In this document: one piece after another, positions 1-11,507 of the stretch
Layout: every line of letters starts with the position of its first letter
Numbering within the stretch: the first letter of the stretch is position 1
From: the human T2T-CHM13v2.0 reference genome, Homo sapiens
Direction: 5' to 3' (one strand)
NCBI RefSeq assembly: GCF_009914755.1
Contig: NC_060925.1
Length of the DNA: 64,000 bases
Made by a program: the position numbers and the translations under genes
The notes under the pieces: generated by a model
Seen by the model: only the letters and a program-made list of their open reading frames with translations
The model's database searches: none
Told to the model about the DNA's origin: nothing

Positions 1-4
1 TAGG

Positions 5-141
5 CAGCTCACTTTATTGTAATCTCTTGTTTAAATATCTGTCTTCTGATTTGCAATCTGAGTTCTGTGAGGTTACTGATTACATCTATAGTTTATGTCT
101 ATGCAGTGTCTGACATTCAACAAATATTCACTGAATGAATG
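5..141 (+). mobile_element. L2 3'-end fragment
   Basis: Ends in the L2 tail motif ...ttcaacaaatattcactgaatgaatg; boundaries approximate. Confidence 0.6.
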
Positions 142-2015
142 GAACTGTGAATGTCCTGAAGTGATTGCATTAATAGATGTTTATAAAGGCATGCTAGGAA
201 ATGGTCTTATGAAATCATCACAAGTCATTTTTTTTCTGTTGCGAAGAACTGATGGTAAAAGCAGTTTGCATGCGGCGTTCAGACTTACTATCTAGGAAAA
301 AGAGCTTTGCACGCTAGGGGGCCTGCTCTCCTCACTGCTGTTGAATCTGCTGAGTAGGGAGTAGTAACCATGGTTTCTGCAGATTTTGTTCAGTGCATTA
401 GCTACATGCTGTTCAGTAGGCACCAGCAGTTATGAATTGCTAAGCAATTTTGTGCACTTGCAAATGAGGAGAGGGACCTTTTGAGAGCAGTTATAGGAGA
501 ATTCATGATTAGATTCAAACTCTTCAAAACCTAGCCCAGTAATTTTTAATTTAATTCAGCATTTTCTGAGTTGCCCTGTAAAATGCTTGCTGCCTCATCT
601 GTTAAGCGTATTACATCACTTAGTTTTAAAAATCTAGAATGAGGTATTATTTCCCAAAGCAGTTGCTTAGAAACTCAGGGTTGTGAGTTCTCCTTTGAGG
701 TGACTGGCTGGGTTATGAGAGACAGTTTCCTAGGTCATTTAGCAAGACCTTTAGTAACATCTGACAAGTTCAAAGGGGAAAAAACTGGCAAAATGCACAT
801 TAGGTAAGGATCATTCTCTATTATGTCACTGGGATGGATTAGCTCAGGAACCCCTCGTTTGTTGGGAACAAGGGAGACAGCGCTTGTAGACCTGATCTCC
901 TGAACCTGGGCTTTGTGATCAGTTCCAGAGGACTGGCCAGTAAGCTGTAGAGCCCATCGTGGATGGTGGTGTTAGTTTTGTGGGGATCTTGCATTTTTTC
1001 CTACTTGTGAGGGTCATTTTCACTGAACTACATGCATATTTGCCCTCTCTCTGTTGCTACTGCAGAATCATTTATGAGACAATTAGGGTATGCTTGCACT
1101 TTTTTTTTTTCCCTCCCCTGTGTTATTCTAGGAGGATGTACTATCTTAATAGATTAAATACTTGGTGAATTTGACTTTGTCTGGTTATAGACCATTCTGA
1201 AGCTAACTAACCAACAGGAGGGTCAAATCCACAGTTTAAATTCTGATCACAACTAAAGTGTCCTCAATTCAGTATCAGAAATTGAGTCTAGAGGGGAGAA
1301 GCCAGAAAGAGTGGACGTTAGCCATTTGATTGGGATAAAGAGGCTTATAGGCTCAAACTTTCTGTTTCCTATGGGCTATCTGTCTCTCTCTTTTTAAATG
1401 GCAAACCTAAAGATTTGTTTCTTGTACATCTGGTGGGTTCCAGGGAAACCTTGTCTTTGGAATCACTATTTCTCTTTAAAAAAAAAAAAAAGTACCAGCA
1501 AAACTTTGTTTTATTTTTTTCCTTCAACTTTCCATGGATGGTAATTTTCCATTAAGTCCTGACCTTCCAAGGCTGCGTCTTTTCAGTGTCCTGGACACAC
1601 TCTGAGGGAGAAGTGAGCTTTCCTGGGATTTGATCTGTTGGCCAGATTTACTATGTTTCATGTAATGAAAAGTATTTAACTGCCTTTTTCAAATCACATG
1701 CTTCCTATGGAAAGAATATAAATGGGAAAATAATTTCCATTCCCTTTTCTTCTTGCATCAGAAGGAGATCCCTGGAAGTCAGTTGCTCAGGGAGTGTCTG
1801 TCACGTAGTTACTTCCCAGCAACTGTGCTGGACACAGATCCTTGTGTCCATTATGCAAGAGGCCCTTCTCCTTTCTCTTTGAAAGATCTTCCTACTTGAA
1901 TCTTCCACTCTTGCCTTTAACTTTGCTTAGGTGAAGCTTTCCTATACTTCATTTTTCTTGCACTTTTTTCTCTTTTTTGACCGTGTATCTTTTTTCACTA
2001 CTATATAAATTTCAA

Positions 2016-2170
2016 TTTTTTTTTTTTTAAATCTTGCTCTGTCCCCCAGGCTGGAGTGCAGTGGCACTATCACGGCTCACTGCAGCTTCAAACTCCTGGG
2101 CTCAAGCGATCCTCTTGCCTCAGCCTCCTGAGTAGCTGGAACTATAGATGTGAGCCACTAAGCCTGACCC
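2016..2170 (-). mobile_element. Alu monomer (FRAM/FLAM/AluJ-like)
   Basis: Poly-T, then cttgctctgtcccccaggctggagtgcagtgg...ctcctgggctcaagcgatcctc; one arm only. Confidence 0.85.
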
Positions 2171-2502
2171 AATTTCAAAAAATCTTCACTCACCAGTTAC
2201 CTTACTCTCTCATCTACTTAAAGTCTCAAATTTTCTGAGATATCTCTTTCCTTTAAAAGGCAGGATGTTTGAGAGGGGATTTATTCTTTCCGGACTTTAT
2301 TGTTAGATAGCTGCCCTTCTGCTCTAGTCCAAATTCAATATGGAAACAGTCAGCCATAAAGGGAGAATGATTAAAATACCCTGAACTGGTCCTTGGTCAT
2401 TTTAAAATTTTCCACCCTGTGGAGGTAGTATTACTCATTTGGGTTACACTTGTTTTAAACAACAGGAATGGCTAGTTAGGACAACAGAGGCAGGTTTTTC
2501 AC

Positions 2503-2612
2503 TTAGGAATTCACTGGATGTGTACCATGTGGTCAAGCATGTTGTGGGCTCTAGGGATACATAGGTAAATAGGGCATAGTCTTTGCCATCAGAGGTGCCA
2601 AGGGACGTCTGA
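2503..2612 (-). mobile_element. L2 3' fragment
   Basis: Resembles the reverse complement of the L2 3' end (taccatgtg..caagcatgttgtgggctctagggataca...). Confidence 0.5.
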
Positions 2613-2790
2613 TGACTGGTTAGAGGTTGTACCTGGTATCCTCCTAAGTTCTCTGTTAGATGGGGCCTGTTCTCAAGGAAGAGGAAATACTTCAATTATA
2701 TATAACTCCTAGAGAAGAAGAACTTAATTTAAAACTTAGTGACATAGTGCTTTATTTTTCATGTTGTGGAAATGTGAATGTGATTGAACC

Positions 2791-2815
2791 TCTAACAGAG
2801 ATGTTTGTGTTGCAG
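2791..2815 (+). promoter_or_regulatory. CENPF: Branch point and 3' splice site of the CENPF terminal exon
   Basis: tctaac branch-point motif at 2791-2796, UG-rich tract, tgcag|GTC; the exon opens in phase 0 with VKVAQ. Confidence 0.85.
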
Positions 2816-3019
2816 GTCAAAGTTGCTCAGCGGAGCCCAGTAGATTCAGGCACCATCCTCCGAGAACCCACCACGAAATCCGTCCCAGTCAATAATCTTC
2901 CTGAGAGAAGTCCGACTGACAGCCCCAGAGAGGGCCTGAGGGTCAAGCGAGGCCGACTTGTCCCCAGCCCCAAAGCTGGACTGGAGTCCAACGGCAGTGA
3001 GAACTGTAAGGTCCAGTGA
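2816..3019 (+). CDS. CENPF: Centromere protein F (mitosin), terminal coding exon, 67 aa, ending in the CAAX farnesylation motif CKVQ
   Basis: Translation VKVAQRSPVDSGTILREPTTKSVPVNNLPERSPTDSPREGLRVKRGRLVPSPKAGLESNGSENCKVQ* is recognised as the CENP-F C-terminus; CKVQ at 3005-3016, TGA at 3017-3019. Confidence 0.95.
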   Translation, partial: VKVAQRSPVDSGTILREPTTKSVPVNNLPERSPTDSPREGLRVKRGRLVPSPKAGLESNGSENCKVQ

Positions 3020-3290
3020 AGGCACTTTGTGTGTCAGTACCCCTGGGAGGTGCCAGTCATTGAATAGATAAGGCTGTGCCTACAGGACTTCTCTTTAGTC
3101 AGGGCATGCTTTATTAGTGAGGAGAAAACAATTCCTTAGAAGTCTTAAATATATTGTACTCTTTAGATCTCCCATGTGTAGGTATTGAAAAAGTTTGGAA
3201 GCACTGATCACCTGTTAGCATTGCCATTCCTCTACTGCAATGTAAATAGTATAAAGCTATGTATATAAAGCTTTTTGGTAATATGTTACA

Positions 3291-3296
3291 ATTAAA
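3291..3296 (+). terminator. CENPF: Proximal poly(A) signal ATTAAA
   Basis: ATTAAA with upstream TGTA motifs (3241, 3260) and a downstream GT-rich element (tgtttgtatgtgggtttt, ~3322-3339). Confidence 0.6.
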
Positions 3297-3767
3297 ATGA
3301 CAAGCACTATATCACAATCTCTGTTTGTATGTGGGTTTTACACTAAAAAAATGCAAAACACATTTTATTCTTCTAATTAACAGCTCCTAGGAAAATGTAG
3401 ACTTTTGCTTTATGATATTCTATCTGTAGTATGAGGCATGGAATAGTTTTGTATCGGGAATTTCTCAGAGCTGAGTAAAATGAAGGAAAAGCATGTTATG
3501 TGTTTTTAAGGAAAATGTGCACACATATACATGTAGGAGTGTTTATCTTTCTCTTACAATCTGTTTTAGACATCTTTGCTTATGAAACCTGTACATATGT
3601 GTGTGTGGGTATGTGTTTATTTCCAGTGAGGGCTGCAGGCTTCCTAGAGGTGTGCTATACCATGCGTCTGTCGTTGTGCTTTTTTCTGTTTTTAGACCAA
3701 TTTTTTACAGTTCTTTGGTAAGCATTGTCGTATCTGGTGATGGATTAACATATAGCCTTTGTTTTCT

Positions 3768-3773
3768 AATAAA
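3768..3773 (+). terminator. CENPF: Distal canonical poly(A) signal AATAAA
   Basis: AATAAA at the end of the UTR-like block. Confidence 0.8.
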
Positions 3774-4619
3774 ATAGTCGCCTTCGTTTTCTGTAAGAAT
3801 GATTCCTAAGTGTAAAGGCATTCGAATATTGGTACTATTTCTTGCTAATTACAACAGCCTCTTATACACGTGAAAATGTTTGAACAAATGATACAGATCT
3901 TTAAACAAATGATCTTAGCATCTTTAGTTGTATTAAAAGACACAATTTGGAATACGGGTCATAAGGAGTATATGGGAATATAAGACGTCCAGCCCAGTGC
4001 CTCCTACATTCTGTGTCCCCATTAAACCACATCATCAAGGATACAAGTATGTGGTATTTCCCAGCTCACTTGATGATGATATAGTTTTGAAAGCATGCAG
4101 GCATTATAAGCCATGTCAGATCCAAAAACATTTGAACAAGTTCTTACATCCTTGAATCAGGGTAAAAAAGTTTCCCAGGGCATGCGCTAGTAAAAGATCA
4201 TTTGTTCTTGGCTTTCAGTCCAAATTGATGCACAAATTCCGATAAGCACCATCATTTATATTTAAAAGTTGTCCTTCGCAAGGTGGCCTCTGTTGTTGGA
4301 TAATGCTTCAATAATATTAAGCTACTTAATATTCATCAGCTGAAAGTGATATCCTGACTTTCCTCTTGTTTCTTCAGTTGCTTGGGGTTGAGGTCTGGTG
4401 CAATATCCTTACCGTAAATCATCCCAGGGCCCCCATGTGCTCAAGGGCATGACCCCGAGCAGACATTGTTGGGATCAGGCCATCAGCTTTATTGGCTGTC
4501 TCCAGTGATTGGAAGATTCCACTCTGTAGGCTTTGCTGGGTAGCATCGTGGGTCCTTGAAAGCATCTCTTTGTATTTTCCTAGGTATGCCATAGCTGCTG
4601 CTCTTATTACTTGGATACT

Positions 4620-4857
4620 TGTTTTTTTGTTCTTTGTTTTTTTTTATTTGAGAGGGAGTCTTGCTCTGTCGTCCAGGCTGGAGTGAAGTGGCATGATCTC
4701 GGCTCGCTGCAACCTCTGCTTCCTAGCTTCAAGCCATTCTCCTGCCTCAGCCTCCCAGGTGGCTGGGACTACAGGCATGTGCCACCATGCCTGGCAGTTT
4801 TTTTTGTATTTTTAGTAGAGATGGGGTTTCACCATGCTGGCCAGGCTGGTCTCGATC
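4620..4857 (-). mobile_element. Alu (AluS-like), 5'-truncated
   Basis: T-rich tail, right arm, linker and part of the left arm; stops at gctggtctcgatc. Confidence 0.9.
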
Positions 4858-6546
4858 ATCTTTATAATTGTAGAGAGTTGTTCAAAATCTTGTAAGTGGA
4901 CAGCCAGGACATTATTCTTTTCCTCAAGCTGACAGTACTTGTTCTGCTATGAGCTGAGCTGCATACGGGATGAAAGTAAACATGCTACCATTCCAACTTT
5001 CAAGTACCTTATAAGCCAGTTGAGTCATGAGTAAGATCCCCCGCTGACAAATCATATGGGAAAATGAATCAAGTTCAGAGATCTGGGAATCAGATTCTCA
5101 TCTGTACAATGAGGAGCTTGGTTGAGATGATTCTTTTACCGTAAATATTGGATAAGAGCTGAAATGGACCTTTGTGTTATTGGGAGTTGCTGGCAGTCTA
5201 AGGGGACTGCATCTTCAGTAAGAAAGAAATAAGAACCAAAATTTAAATGTAGCCTGATTTCTATTTCTTGAGACACTCCTCCCCTCACCCTCTCACTTGC
5301 CTTCTTTGAGATTTATTTGTGATTTTTCTCATTTGATTCCAGTTTATTTATTTTGTTGGAACTACTAAATTTTCACAGATTTGTTTGCACCTGGGAAGAA
5401 GTCAGGGCACTTCTTCCTGGGGGCCCGTAACTCAAGGAGGGGAGACCTCTTCCACTTTCCAACTGGTTTGAGTCTGCAGAAGTTTCTAACTTCTCTTAGC
5501 ATGGCTCAACACCAATTGTTATTTTAGAATTTCCAAGTTCTTCCAAAATCCTTCAGGCTATGGGCAGTATGTCGTGAAAGAAATTTAAATAGTAAATAAA
5601 CTGATGAGTTCTTGTAAGCCATAGGTTTATTGCACCACAGTCGGAAGTTGCACTGATCATTAGCATGTTTTTCATATTTCTCTTCTGTAGTTAAGGAGGG
5701 GGATACAATTATTTTTGAAGAGAACAGTAAGTACCTAAAATTAACTACCACTTGGTAGTTGAGAGTTATGTGCTCTCCCGCTTCGGTTCATGTGAGCTGA
5801 CTTCTCTTTGAAGGGAAAGGGGTTGTATGCTAACTCACTGACCGAGGAGAGAATAGAGCCTTGAGTGCTTCAGAAGAGCCTGGCTATTCTCATTTGAAAA
5901 GTCTGAGGACCTGAAGCTGCCATCCTACCTGCAAGCCCAGCTATGTATCTAATGCTACTACTCACTTTAGCTTTGGCTCAACTACTTAAAATACTGGATG
6001 GAAAGTCTTACATTTTACAAGGTATTTTCATGTGTGCTGAAACTTCCACCTTTGTGAGGTAAGAGACAGAGGTCAAACTTCTCACTCATAGGCCTGGGGA
6101 GATCTTGCTTAATGATAATTGTGTGTCTCCCCACAACCTTGCAAAATGAAGATTATCCTTATCAAACAGAAGATAAAATAGGCTCAGCGTATTTGGCCCA
6201 GGAAGTAGCAGAGTTGAGTTTCGACCTCAGCTTTGCAAATACAAAACCCATTCTCTTGTTTGTCCTGTAGCTTCTCTGGAAGCAGTCTTTTCCAGAATAA
6301 TTCTGATAGTATAGATTTTCAGATGATATTAAGTAGCTTTTCCACTTTCTATGTGCAATGGCAATGAAGATATCTAGGCTGTCTGCATCTGATTTGGGTT
6401 ACCTTATATTTAATTTCAAAAATGTAAAATGGGACTAGCTATACATTTTAACTCCTAAAAGTTGTCTACCAACTAAAAGTTGTCTACTAACTGAATGCAT
6501 ACGCATTATTTATGTAGAGGTAAATCCTTTCAAAGAGTCTTTTTTG

Positions 6547-7405
6547 CAATTCAACAAAGAAACCTTATTAAAAAGTGGGCATGAACAGACACTTCTCAAA
6601 AGAAGACATACAAGTGACCAACAAACATGAAAAATTGCTCGACATCACTAATCATCAGAGAAATACAAATCAAAACCACAATAAGACACCATCTCACACC
6701 AGTCAGAATGGGTATTATGAAAACATCAGAAATTAACATGCTGGCAAGGTTGTGGTGAAAAGGGAATGCCTATACAGTGATGGTGGGAATACAAATTAAT
6801 TCAGCCACTCAGGAAAGCAATTTGGAGATTTCTCAAAGAACTTATACAATAGAACTACCATTCTACCCAGCAATCCCATTACTGGGTATATACCCAAAGG
6901 CAAATAAATCATTCTGCCAAAAAGACACATGCACTCCTATGTTCATCACAGCACTATTCACAATAGGAAAGATACGGAATCAACCTAGGTGCCCATCAAT
7001 AGTGGACTGGATAAAGAAAATGTGCTACATATACGCCATGGAACACTATGATGCCATAAATAAAAATTCAATCATGTACTTTGCAGCAACATGGATACAA
7101 CTGGAGGCCATTATCCTAAGCAAATTAACTCAGGAAACCAAATACCACAGGTTCTCACTTATAAGTTGGAGCTAAATATTGGGTACATGTGGACATAAAG
7201 ATGGGAACAATAGACACTGAGGACTACTAGATGGGGGAAGGAGGAAGGGGGGACCAAGAGTTGAAAAACTATTGGGTACTATGCTCACTACTTTGATGAT
7301 GGGATAGATCATATCCCAAACCTCAGCATTATGAGATATACCCATGTAACAAACCTGCACATGTACTGCCTGTATCTAAAAAGTGGAAGTTATGTATTAA
7401 AAAAA
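6547..7405 (+). mobile_element. L1 3' end (older primate L1PA13-16/L1PB type), 5'-truncated
   Basis: ORF2 C-terminal remnant (ELPFYPAIPLLGIYPK...PRCPSIVDWIKKM) plus L1 3' UTR and A-rich end. Confidence 0.9.
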
Positions 7406-7479
7406 GTTTGGTTTGGAAAACCAAATACAAAATATTTCAAATACAAATGTTTAGTATAATGTGGATATTAAAAGTGAAA

Positions 7480-7925
7480 GGTGTCAGAATGCCTTGGGGT
7501 CCCATTTGACCTTGGACAAATTACTTAATTCTCTGTGCCTCAGTTTCTTTTCTTTTCTTTTTTTTTTTTTGAGACAGAGTCTTGCTCTGTCGCCCAGGCT
7601 GGAGTGCAGTAGTGTAATCTTGGCTCACTGCAACCTCCACCTCCTGTGTTCAAGCGATTCTCCTGCCTCAGCCTCCGGAGTAACTGGGATTTACAGGCAC
7701 CTGCCACCACGCCAGGCTAATTTTTGTATTTTTAGAAGAGACGGGTTTCACCATGTTGGCCAGGCTGGTCTTGAACTGCTGGCCTCTGCTAATCCCCCTG
7801 CCTTGGCCTACCAAACTGCTGGGATTACAGGCATGAGCCACCATGCCCGGCCTCAGTTTCTTTATTGTTAAAATTGGATATAAATAATAATACCTCTTGA
7901 AGTTGTCATGATGATTAGTTAATTT
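7480..7925 (+). mobile_element. MIR split by an Alu
   Basis: MIR core (gaccttggacaaattacttaattctctgtgcctcagtttc...) resumes after the Alu; tcagtttcttt is duplicated on both sides. Confidence 0.7.
7550..7852 (-). mobile_element. Full-length AluS
   Basis: Complete dimer ending ...ccatgcccggcc, TSD ~tcagtttcttt. Confidence 0.95.
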
Positions 7926-10287
7926 GTTAATACTTTACACTTATGATTTTACACTCAATAGAATGTTGGTTATTCTGTATAATTACACATAATTTCTTTC
8001 AGGTCAAGTTCTGATCTGAAATCTTCACTAATGTCAATACCATAATGCTTATCTTGCAAATGAGTTTAATCACTACAGATTTGCACATATCATTCGATTA
8101 TTGATCTTGCAAATGAATCATTTACAGGTTTTTAGTTTTTGTTTGCTTGGGTCATTAAAAATATCTAAAGAAAACAATCACTACAATTTTATTTACGAAT
8201 GGGTTGTGCTCCTGAAGTACAAATATAAATTAGTTGTTTGGAACTCAGAATACATTTCCTTGTAGAAACAACATTGTAAGTTGTGCATAAGTGTAAGCCC
8301 AGGAAGCCAAGTTAGCTCTTACTATGTTAAAATGACAATTAAGTTTATTTCAACCATATGGAACCTACATTGATAATATTGTTTCTTTGGAAAAGTGTAT
8401 TTTAAGGATGAAGTTGCCATAAACTCAATTTTTTACTCCTCAACTGTCTTCCCAGTGTATCCCACTCTTCCCTTTCCATTTTGTGATATTGGACAGCAAT
8501 GATTTAGCAGTCTCAGGATGGAGAAATCGAGATGTAGAGTCCTGTCCACCACATTTCTAGAACAGCAGCTGCTCCCAGGCTGAAAGGGAAAGTGATAGTT
8601 TTTATGCTGCAGGCAATGCCAGTTTTATGTAATGTTGGTGTATTTGTGTGTGTAAATTTAAGTGGTTTGTTAAACTACTTAACATTTTTGATGTTTTAGA
8701 AAATTACAAGGAAATACATATCCCCAAGCTTCGTACACTTTTGTTGACTTGCAAGTCGACTTCCAGCCCCCAAAATTTCCACCAGCCTCCATCCCCTCAA
8801 TTCAAAGATGGTGGCAGATGAATAAGATTACTATATTTTGTTATTCCTCCCTTTCTAGGATGCCTTGAGGATGACCTGAGAATAATGTATAAAAATACCC
8901 CATTTGCCAAACCAAATGCTTGAAGTTTCAAATGCTTTATCTCATTTGATATTTAATAATGCTGTCAAGTGGGTCCTGATTTAAGAAGGGAACCAATGGA
9001 GTTGTTAAGTTTGTGTCAAAACAAAACTGAGGGTTCTAGTCTTGGACCGCAGCACAAAGTTCTTCATATATGACCGTACAACTTCCCAGTAGAGAGTAAG
9101 GGGATTTGGTCTAGGAAGAAAACTATCAGCCTGGTAGGTTCTTTTCAGAACCCAATTCTGAGCTCAATAGGGGAAGTTTCCTTCTATTAGGGCTTAGGTC
9201 AACTCCATGCCAAAGGAAAATTTGCTTCATTTAACCTTTTGATTTGGCATCCCGGTTCCTAGCAAAAATTACACTGTTGTAATAATAAGAAATTTCACTT
9301 CTCCTACTTTTGTTTTCTCCAACACTGCTTTTGCAAGAGTGTGGAAAAATGAGCAGCTTTCTATAGTTACAGACTTTCTAGAGAAACATTGGGATATTTC
9401 TGAGTTTTAAATGTGAACAGATCCTCTTGGTGTTGAAATCACAGCTGTGTTATCTAACAGAGCATTTGCTGGCCGGGTGCCCACTCCCTCCTGCTAGACC
9501 CTGACTCCTTGGGCAGTTCACATGAGGGTGTTATTTGTCCTGGATACCAGCTGTTTGTTGTTTTAACGGTCATCTTCTTGGATTTAGACCAGCAGAGGGT
9601 CATGAGGGTGCCCTGTGTTCACCCACAATGCTTTGTTCCCTTTGTGCTATTTATGCACAGCCTACATTGTATGCCTACACAGAGGCATGGTCACTTTCCT
9701 TGGAAGCATAAACAGGTGGGGAAGGAAAGAAGTGCCAATGCTCTGGTTTGTAAACAGGTGTACTGAGTGTGGAGATGATTTTCCTTCCAAAAAAGCCAAG
9801 ACTTGACCATATCCATGAGCTACATCTTGGCTCTGCCCAGCTAGCTTTTTCAGAGGTTGGACATTCAACCTATGAGACCATCAGAGACTCGATCCATGTA
9901 GAAACAGCAGATGTTCATGGACTTGCATATAGCCTATTTAAATGGCAGGACAAATAAATGGAGGATACCCATCATTCCTAGAATTTAAAACAAGTTCTTA
10001 TTGAACAAGTTCTTATTGAAATTTACTGCAAATTCTGCCTACCAATCTGTTCATATGAAAACCAGAAGCCCAAGTTACATCCTAAATCTTGTTCCAACAT
10101 GTGTAGCAAAATTAAATTATTTCCCCCTTGAGATTGTCATAAACTCGTTTAAGAAAAGAATATGTTGGTTAGGAAGCATCTCATACTGATTTCCCAAATC
10201 TGGTGTAGATTGCAGTCAATGAAGAGATGTTTTTTAAACCAAGTTCAACTATTTTTTAATTGTCCCCAGACAGAAATTTTTTTGTTG

Positions 10288-10690
10288 CTGTGGCAGAGAT
10301 GGTGATTGCCTATCCAACGGTCACTTCTGCCTTCTTTCTTGTCAATAGAACCCCACTATTGGGTTGGGCAGCAGTTTGCTCAGAGAATATGGACCCATTC
10401 CCAGTAAAGGATAATTAGCACAAGCCAATTATGGTGATCCCGTTGTCTTTTGCCAGTGATTGGTTATGATAACCACCCTACAATGACTAATTTTGAGACT
10501 AGAAATGAGGCATTTCCAAGACACTGAGGATGCTAGGTCAGAAAGATCGGAAGAGACTGGGTCCTCGATTACTTTGCTAAGCTTCTGAACCAACCTTGGA
10601 CTTGTCATGTCAGAAAATGAAAAATTATTTTCTAAAGCAACTTCCAGTAGAAAATCCTGTTACATCACCCACGAACTTCCTGATCGAATT
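10288..10690 (+). mobile_element. Old MaLR LTR (MLT1J/K/L-like), degenerate
   Basis: tgtggcagagatgg... start and MLT1-like internal motifs (aagccaattatggtgatccc; gaaagatcggaagagactgggtcc). Confidence 0.55.
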
Positions 10691-11507
10691 GCAAATCCTG
10701 TTTTCAGATTTTTTGTTAGTCAACATCTACTCTCTTTACCTTTGCTTTGGGTTTGGCCTGCTACTGAACAAGAGAGCACTTGAAAACCCAGTTGCTTAAT
10801 GATCTTAATTTCTCCAAGTCTGTCCTGAAAAGCAATTCTACTTAGATTGGTACAAGACACCTGTCTGAAACCTAATTTTACCCTCTGAAATGGACTGAGT
10901 TACACAGGGCAATAGATGAAGGAAGTATACAACTTTCCAATGCCTCTTGATTCAAACTTGATTCAAACTAGGCGATTCATTATTCTGCCTATTGTGATTT
11001 TACTAAACATCACATAATTTAAATTATAATCACTAAAAATCCAAAATCAAATGACTTTGGAGAGTTCATACTTCTATTATAACAATATGGTTTAATTATC
11101 TAGGTTTTTCTTATCACTTTGAAGATGAAGAAATTGAGATCCTAAGTGGGAAATAGTTTTTTTCTACACCCCATACCACGTCCTAAAACCTATATGCCAG
11201 CTGCCCAGAATGGTGCTTTTTAAGAAATAGAACATATGGCCAGTCAATGTGAATACTTATTTGCACATTTTCTTTTCTAGAAATGATCATTTGTGGCAAT
11301 GGAAGGAGTAATAAGTTTTGATGACATTAAGAAAATTGGATCTTGAGTTCCCTGCAGGTGGAATAGCTCTCTACTCTGCCCTGCCTTTAAGACCAGGGGA
11401 TATATTAGTCCCTACTAGCAGGGAAACCACTATCAGATTGCCAGCTTGGAGAGATATATGTGTGCACATATTAATGGGATAGTCATGAAGACTGACACAT
11501 AAAGTAT

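Larger units (their letters stand above)
1..2815 (+). other. CENPF: 3' part of the last intron of CENPF
   Basis: Non-coding sequence directly upstream of the acceptor (tgcag, 2811-2815) of the terminal CENPF exon; no other exon recognised. Confidence 0.85.
3020..3795 (+). other. CENPF: CENPF 3' UTR (end approximate)
   Basis: AU-rich, repeat-free sequence from the stop codon to ~20 nt past AATAAA at 3768. Confidence 0.85.

Noticed and set aside
2660-2815. N-terminal 52 aa of ORF 2660-3019 as coding sequence
   Set aside because: Open intronic frame upstream of the acceptor; CENP-F similarity starts only at VKVAQ (2816)
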